A stretch of 64,000 bases of DNA. It comes from an uncultured bacterium. GTDB taxonomy: Bacteria; Chloroflexota; UBA5177; JANWHV01. A model generated the notes under the pieces. It was given only the letters and a program-made list of their open reading frames with translations. It was not told the DNA's origin and ran no database searches. Positions 59,949 through 64,000 of this stretch are shown piece by piece; position 1 is the stretch's first letter; each line of letters begins with the position of its first letter. The position numbers and the translations under genes are program-made. The stretch spans positions 576,001 to 640,000 of the forward strand of contig CAVSOU010000008.1 in assembly GCA_963729625.1 (NCBI GenBank), given 5' to 3'.

Positions 59949-60690
59949 CAGTGCAACGAAGCGTGTTGTCGTTTCGATCCACGATGTTGCGCCCTCGCAC
60001 GTCGACGACCTCCGCTATCTGCTGGACGCCTGCGATGCAGCCGGTGCGCGGCCCCGCGTGCTGAAGGTGATCCCAAATGAAGGTGGCCGCCAGGACATTC
60101 GCGCGCATCCCAAGTTTGTCGATCTGCTGCGCGCCGAGGCACGGGCCGGATCCGAGATCGTGCTGCACGGCTACACCCACGTTGCGGCGGGAACGATCGC
60201 GGGCTGGAGGCCAGCCAGCGTGCGCGCTCGTCTGTTCGCGCCGACAGCGGCCGAGTTCTTCACTATCGACGGCCCCGAGATGGCGGCGCGTCTGACGGCG
60301 GGGCGGCGCATCCTGTCGGAGGCCGGTCTCGAGGTGCGTGGCTTCTGCGCGCCGGCGTGGCTGGCAACATCAGAGCTTCCGCTTCAGCTCCGGCGCTGTG
60401 AATTCCACTACCTTGTCTCCATGGCATGGGTGCGCGATGTCGTCTCGGGCAAGCGTCTGTTCACGTCCTGGCAAGGATACATGGGCGCGGGCAGCGGGCA
60501 GGAGAGCCTTATCAGGCTGGGAAGCTGGGGCTGCATGCGACTGCCTTCGCGCGCCGGGGCAGTCAAGGTGTTCCTGCATCCCCAGGGCGCGCGCACGTCC
60601 GCGGACTGCCGGCGAACGTTGCGAGACATGGGTGCGCTAGTACAGCGGCGCACGTGCGTCACTTTTAGGGATCTCGTTGATACGCTGTGA
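59938..60690 (+). CDS. DUF2334 / polysaccharide deacetylase-like protein
   Basis: VSIHDVAP, LHGYTH, AEF, GFCAPAW, LHP; GTG overlaps the MFS stop. Confidence 0.8.
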   Translation: MSASSATKRVVVSIHDVAPSHVDDLRYLLDACDAAGARPRVLKVIPNEGGRQDIRAHPKFVDLLRAEARAGSEIVLHGYTHVAAGTIAGWRPASVRARLFAPTAAEFFTIDGPEMAARLTAGRRILSEAGLEVRGFCAPAWLATSELPLQLRRCEFHYLVSMAWVRDVVSGKRLFTSWQGYMGAGSGQESLIRLGSWGCMRLPSRAGAVKVFLHPQGARTSADCRRTLRDMGALVQRRTCVTFRDLVDTL

Positions 60691-60842
60691 CCTGATCGGC
60701 ACCCCGCCACCGTTCCGCGACACGTGCGTCCCCGATGAAGCCCGCTCCTCCACTTGTCAGGATGTCGCGGTGGGATCGTTATCGGAGTGCAGAATCCCAG
60801 AGATCGTGTACGTGGGAAGGGCGCGCACGTGGAGCAGACAAA

Positions 60843-61763
60843 CTACGCGCTGCCGAGCAGGTCCGGTTTATGCGGGCGTATGCACGTGAGCTGGCGCGGA
60901 GGACCCCAGCCGGGACGAGCGCCGACGAAGGCGATCTTCGGCCAGCGCAAGAGTAACAGCGCGATGAGGAAAGCCAGAACCGTTATCACCAATGCCGCCA
61001 GGCAGTCGAACATGTAGTGATTACCGGTGACCATGACGGAGATGGCCATCAGGAACGGATGTGCGAGGCCGAATAGGCGAATGATCGGTTGTCTGGCGAC
61101 GAAGGCCACGGTAAGACCGGCGATGAGTGCCCAGACAATATGGAGGCTTGGCACGGCAGCGTACCGGTCGAAGCTGAGGTTGACTCCCCCGGACGAAAAG
61201 ACCGTATCCACGAAGTGGAAGGGACGGCCGTCGAAGCTCAGACTGGTCGCCAGGCGGGGCGGAGCGGTAGGGAAGATGTTGTAGGTCAGCACCGAGAGTG
61301 CTGTGGCTATCGCGAAGATGTTGCGCACGAATGGATAAAGCTGCGGCCGGCGCCAGTAGAGCCATGCGACGACCAGCGCGGTCACCAGGCCGTGAGCGAT
61401 GCCGTAGAGTGAGTTGAATACGACGACGACATGCGGCCAGGTGATGGCCAGGCCGAGAACGTGGTGGGTTTGCTCAAAGAAGCGCTGCAGTGACGGCTCT
61501 ACCCACAGGCCGTGATCCTGCTCGAAGTCCATCACCCACACGGCATGCGCCTGCGTCGGGCCGGTGGCGCGCGGAAAGACCAAGCCGCGCAGCAGGTCGT
61601 CGCTCACCTCGATGCAACTTACGAGCACTACCTGGATCAGGAGGAACGACCATTCCTTCCAGGTTGGAAAAGCAGGACGGCTGGCAGGGGGTAGGAGCGC
61701 CGGTCGCACGGGCGCGTCCGGTGTGGGTCCGGGAAGGCTGTCGGGTCGCAGTGAAGGGCGCAT
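60843..61763 (-). CDS. PAP2-superfamily (AUR1/inositol-phosphorylceramide-synthase-like) membrane protein
   Basis: FPTAPPRL, YAAVPSLHIVWA, VTGNHYMFD. Confidence 0.85.
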   Translation of the reverse strand: MRPSLRPDSLPGPTPDAPVRPALLPPASRPAFPTWKEWSFLLIQVVLVSCIEVSDDLLRGLVFPRATGPTQAHAVWVMDFEQDHGLWVEPSLQRFFEQTHHVLGLAITWPHVVVVFNSLYGIAHGLVTALVVAWLYWRRPQLYPFVRNIFAIATALSVLTYNIFPTAPPRLATSLSFDGRPFHFVDTVFSSGGVNLSFDRYAAVPSLHIVWALIAGLTVAFVARQPIIRLFGLAHPFLMAISVMVTGNHYMFDCLAALVITVLAFLIALLLLRWPKIAFVGARPGWGPPRQLTCIRPHKPDLLGSA

Positions 61764-62029
61764 GAGGTCCCGGCTAACAAGAACTTCATCGTATCAGTAT
61801 GGCGAGAACCATGCTCCGCTATTGTATCAGCGTTCCCGTTTAGAGTTTCGCGTGACGCAGGCGTATTTCCGACCATGCGCGTCACAAAGGTTGTGAGACA
61901 AGGTTTAATCCTGCCCAGTGGGCGGAATGCAGAAAAGAGCGGTAACCTAGGTACGAGCTGAAGAGATACCGTGACTCCTCCAGTTCCGTTTTGACGCTGG
62001 ATAGATAACGTTTGGGGTGAGCTCAAGAA

Positions 62030-64000
62030 ATGCGGCGGTCCGACGTCGGGATCTGGTGGCTTCGTTCCAGTTGCGGCATTGTAGTGTCGCTCACTCTTCT
62101 GCTGTTTGTTGGGGTTGGCGCGCGAGGCGCCGCACCGATGGTGCCTGCCGCTGCCGCGACCACTCCGGTGACCGCTACGTTGGTCACGGCGACAGTGGTG
62201 ACGCCTGTGGCGGCAGCGACCACTCCGGTGACCGCTACGTTGGTCACGGCGACAGTGGTGACGCCTGTGGCGGCAGCGACTACACCGGTGACCGCTACTC
62301 TGGTCACGGCGACTCCGGTGACACCTGTCGCGGTCACGGCGACACCGGTAACAGCTACTACACCGGTCACGGCTGTCGTTATTCCGCTCAAGGTTGGTGA
62401 TATGGTGACATATCTCGGTTCGAATGCCAGGACAAGTTTCGATGCCGTGGAGAAGCGGATCACCGTGGCACGCGCGCCGAATCTCGTGGAGTCCTGGAGC
62501 CTTGACGGTAGAGGAAGCTACGTTTCTACACAACCCATTGTCGTCAACGGTGTCGTGTACTGGGGTGACTACAACGGGTACGAACATGCGACGAGCGCGG
62601 CGACCGGCAAGGACCTTTGGTCGCGGTACTTGGGAAGCTACTACGCTGGCTCCTCGGGCAACCCCACCTACTGCACTCCGGATCAGATGGGCGTCGTCGG
62701 CTCGCCGGCGGTAGCTGATGTCAGCGGCCGGGTTCTGTTGTTCGTGCCTGGCGGGGGCTCAATGAGCGGCACGAGCGGGGCTCTCTACTTCTTCGCCCTC
62801 GACGCCTCGACCGGCCAGGTTGTATGGCAGACAGGGGTGGGAAACGCTCCGGCCGACACTCTCTGGAGCTCTCCGGCCCTCTATAAAGGCAGCATCTATG
62901 AAGGCGTGGCTGGTCAAGGCGGCTGCCCAAATCACACGGCGAGCCGGCTGCTGAAGCTCGACGCAGCCACGGGAGCCAGCCAGGCCAGCCTTACGCTCGT
63001 GCCTGATGGCTGCACGGGCGGCGATGTGTGGGGATCACCCACGATCGACGAGGCTGCGGGCACGGTGTACATTGCAACCGGCGACCAGGACAACAGGTGC
63101 TTGGGGAAAGAGCCCGACGCGCAAGCGGTCGTGGAAGTCAGCGCCGCCGATTTCAAGTATATCGGGTCCTGGCACCTGTTTGAGGCGTCCGACATGGACC
63201 ACGACTTCGGTTCCACGCCAACGCTCTTCACCGGCGGCGGCCGGCCCCTGGTGGGCGTTGTCAATAAGAACGGCATATTCTACGCGTTCGCTCGCGATCA
63301 CCTGTCAGCAGGACCGGTATGGACCTACAAGGTCGCCTCCCCGGGCCTGGCCAGCCCAGAGGTGGGGGATGGGTCCGTATCCCCCGCGGCCTGGGATGGC
63401 GCCACGCTCTACGTGGCGGGAGGCACCAGCGTCAACAAGAAATGCCAGGGCACGCTTGAGGCGCTGCATCCGGACACAGGAAAGGTGAAGTGGTCCGATT
63501 GCCTGCCCGGCTTCGTGCTTCCTGCCGTTGTGGCGGCGCCGGGCATCGTGGTTGTCGGCGCGAGCTCCCATCTGATGGTGATCAATGCAAATACAGGCGC
63601 CGTACTCTGGAAGTGGCTGGATCCGCGTGGGACGCCATTCTGGTCTGCTCCGACGATCGCCAACGGCGTGCTCTACGCCGCAAACTCGGGATGGGCGGAG
63701 CCGGGTCGATCGTGGGGACCAGGCCGCTTGTATGCATTCACCGTCGGCAGCCATCCGGTGCCTACGCCGACCGCTGTCCCCAGCGTTTGCCCTCGTGGCT
63801 GGAGCTGCTTGGATATCGGCAGCCCGAGCGTGCCGGCGAGTGACGTGCTCCGAAACGGAACCTGGACGGTGATCAGCGGCGGCGGCGACATCTGGGGCAC
63901 CGGCGATCAGTTCCACTTTGATTACACAACGGTGCGAGGTGATACCGACGTGAGCGCCCAGGTCAGTGCACAGAGCTACAGCGATCCCTGGGCTAAGGCG
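62030..64000 (+). CDS. Secreted PQQ-like beta-propeller protein with Thr/Pro/Val repeat stalk and C-terminal lectin-like domain; runs off the window
   Basis: Open frame from ATG 62030 with no stop (absent from the ORF track); signal peptide; ALDASTGQVVW, WSSP, DFGSTP, WSAPTIANGVLY; GGDIWGTGDQFHF. Confidence 0.85.
   Translation, partial: MRRSDVGIWWLRSSCGIVVSLTLLLFVGVGARGAAPMVPAAAATTPVTATLVTATVVTPVAAATTPVTATLVTATVVTPVAAATTPVTATLVTATPVTPVAVTATPVTATTPVTAVVIPLKVGDMVTYLGSNARTSFDAVEKRITVARAPNLVESWSLDGRGSYVSTQPIVVNGVVYWGDYNGYEHATSAATGKDLWSRYLGSYYAGSSGNPTYCTPDQMGVVGSPAVADVSGRVLLFVPGGGSMSGTSGALYFFALDASTGQVVWQTGVGNAPADTLWSSPALYKGSIYEGVAGQGGCPNHTASRLLKLDAATGASQASLTLVPDGCTGGDVWGSPTIDEAAGTVYIATGDQDNRCLGKEPDAQAVVEVSAADFKYIGSWHLFEASDMDHDFGSTPTLFTGGGRPLVGVVNKNGIFYAFARDHLSAGPVWTYKVASPGLASPEVGDGSVSPAAWDGATLYVAGGTSVNKKCQGTLEALHPDTGKVKWSDCLPGFVLPAVVAAPGIVVVGASSHLMVINANTGAVLWKWLDPRGTPFWSAPTIANGVLYAANSGWAEPGRSWGPGRLYAFTVGSHPVPTPTAVPSVCPRGWSCLDIGSPSVPASDVLRNGTWTVISGGGDIWGTGDQFHFDYTTVRGDTDVSAQVSAQSYSDPWAKA
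62156..62340 (+). repeat. 60-bp tandem repeat (2 identical copies + 1 degenerate) encoding TTPVTATLVTATVVTPVAAA
   Basis: Bases 62161-62220 and 62221-62280 are identical. Confidence 0.95.

Noticed and set aside
62156-62340. Possible CRISPR array
   Set aside because: Contiguous in-frame 60-bp repeats without unique spacers, and no cas genes.

Overview
High-GC bacterial chromosomal window. The gene content (rny-ymdB-gltX, Rrf2-suf operon, DUF5671-like, Uma2, AfsR-like STAND ATPases) fits a soil Chloroflexota-like organism, which is inference only. Left to right: two large secreted proteins (Ig-repeat surface protein, clan GH-A glycosidase), an XRE-STAND-TPR regulator, DinB, a sulfatase, a decayed TetR/oxidoreductase pair, and a transporter block (ABC pair, MFS, USP, MarR, MMPL, two paralogous TetRs). 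Next come an aldolase, an unusual Zn-ribbon-fused family A DNA polymerase, Uma2, a patch of carbohydrate-enzyme remnants, and a three-gene flavinylation module (small membrane peptide ending SGTS, ApbE, di-heme membrane protein). A minus-strand housekeeping run follows (rrf2-sufCBDSU-Rieske-sufT, gltX, rny, ymdB, galK, clpS, MBL hydrolase, Mca/MshB-like). The right end holds TIR-STAND-TPR, an RCC1-trypsin protease, GDPD, ada/alkA-ogt, MFS, DUF2334-like, PAP2-like and a truncated PQQ-propeller protein. I saw no rRNA, tRNA, CRISPR array or intact transposase. Best candidates for novelty are the ApbE module with its putative micro-substrate, the Zn-ribbon PolA, the TIR-NLR-like gene sharing an IscR-type operator region with suf, and the variant ClpS-MBL pair. 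All family assignments come from motifs recognised by eye, not database searches.
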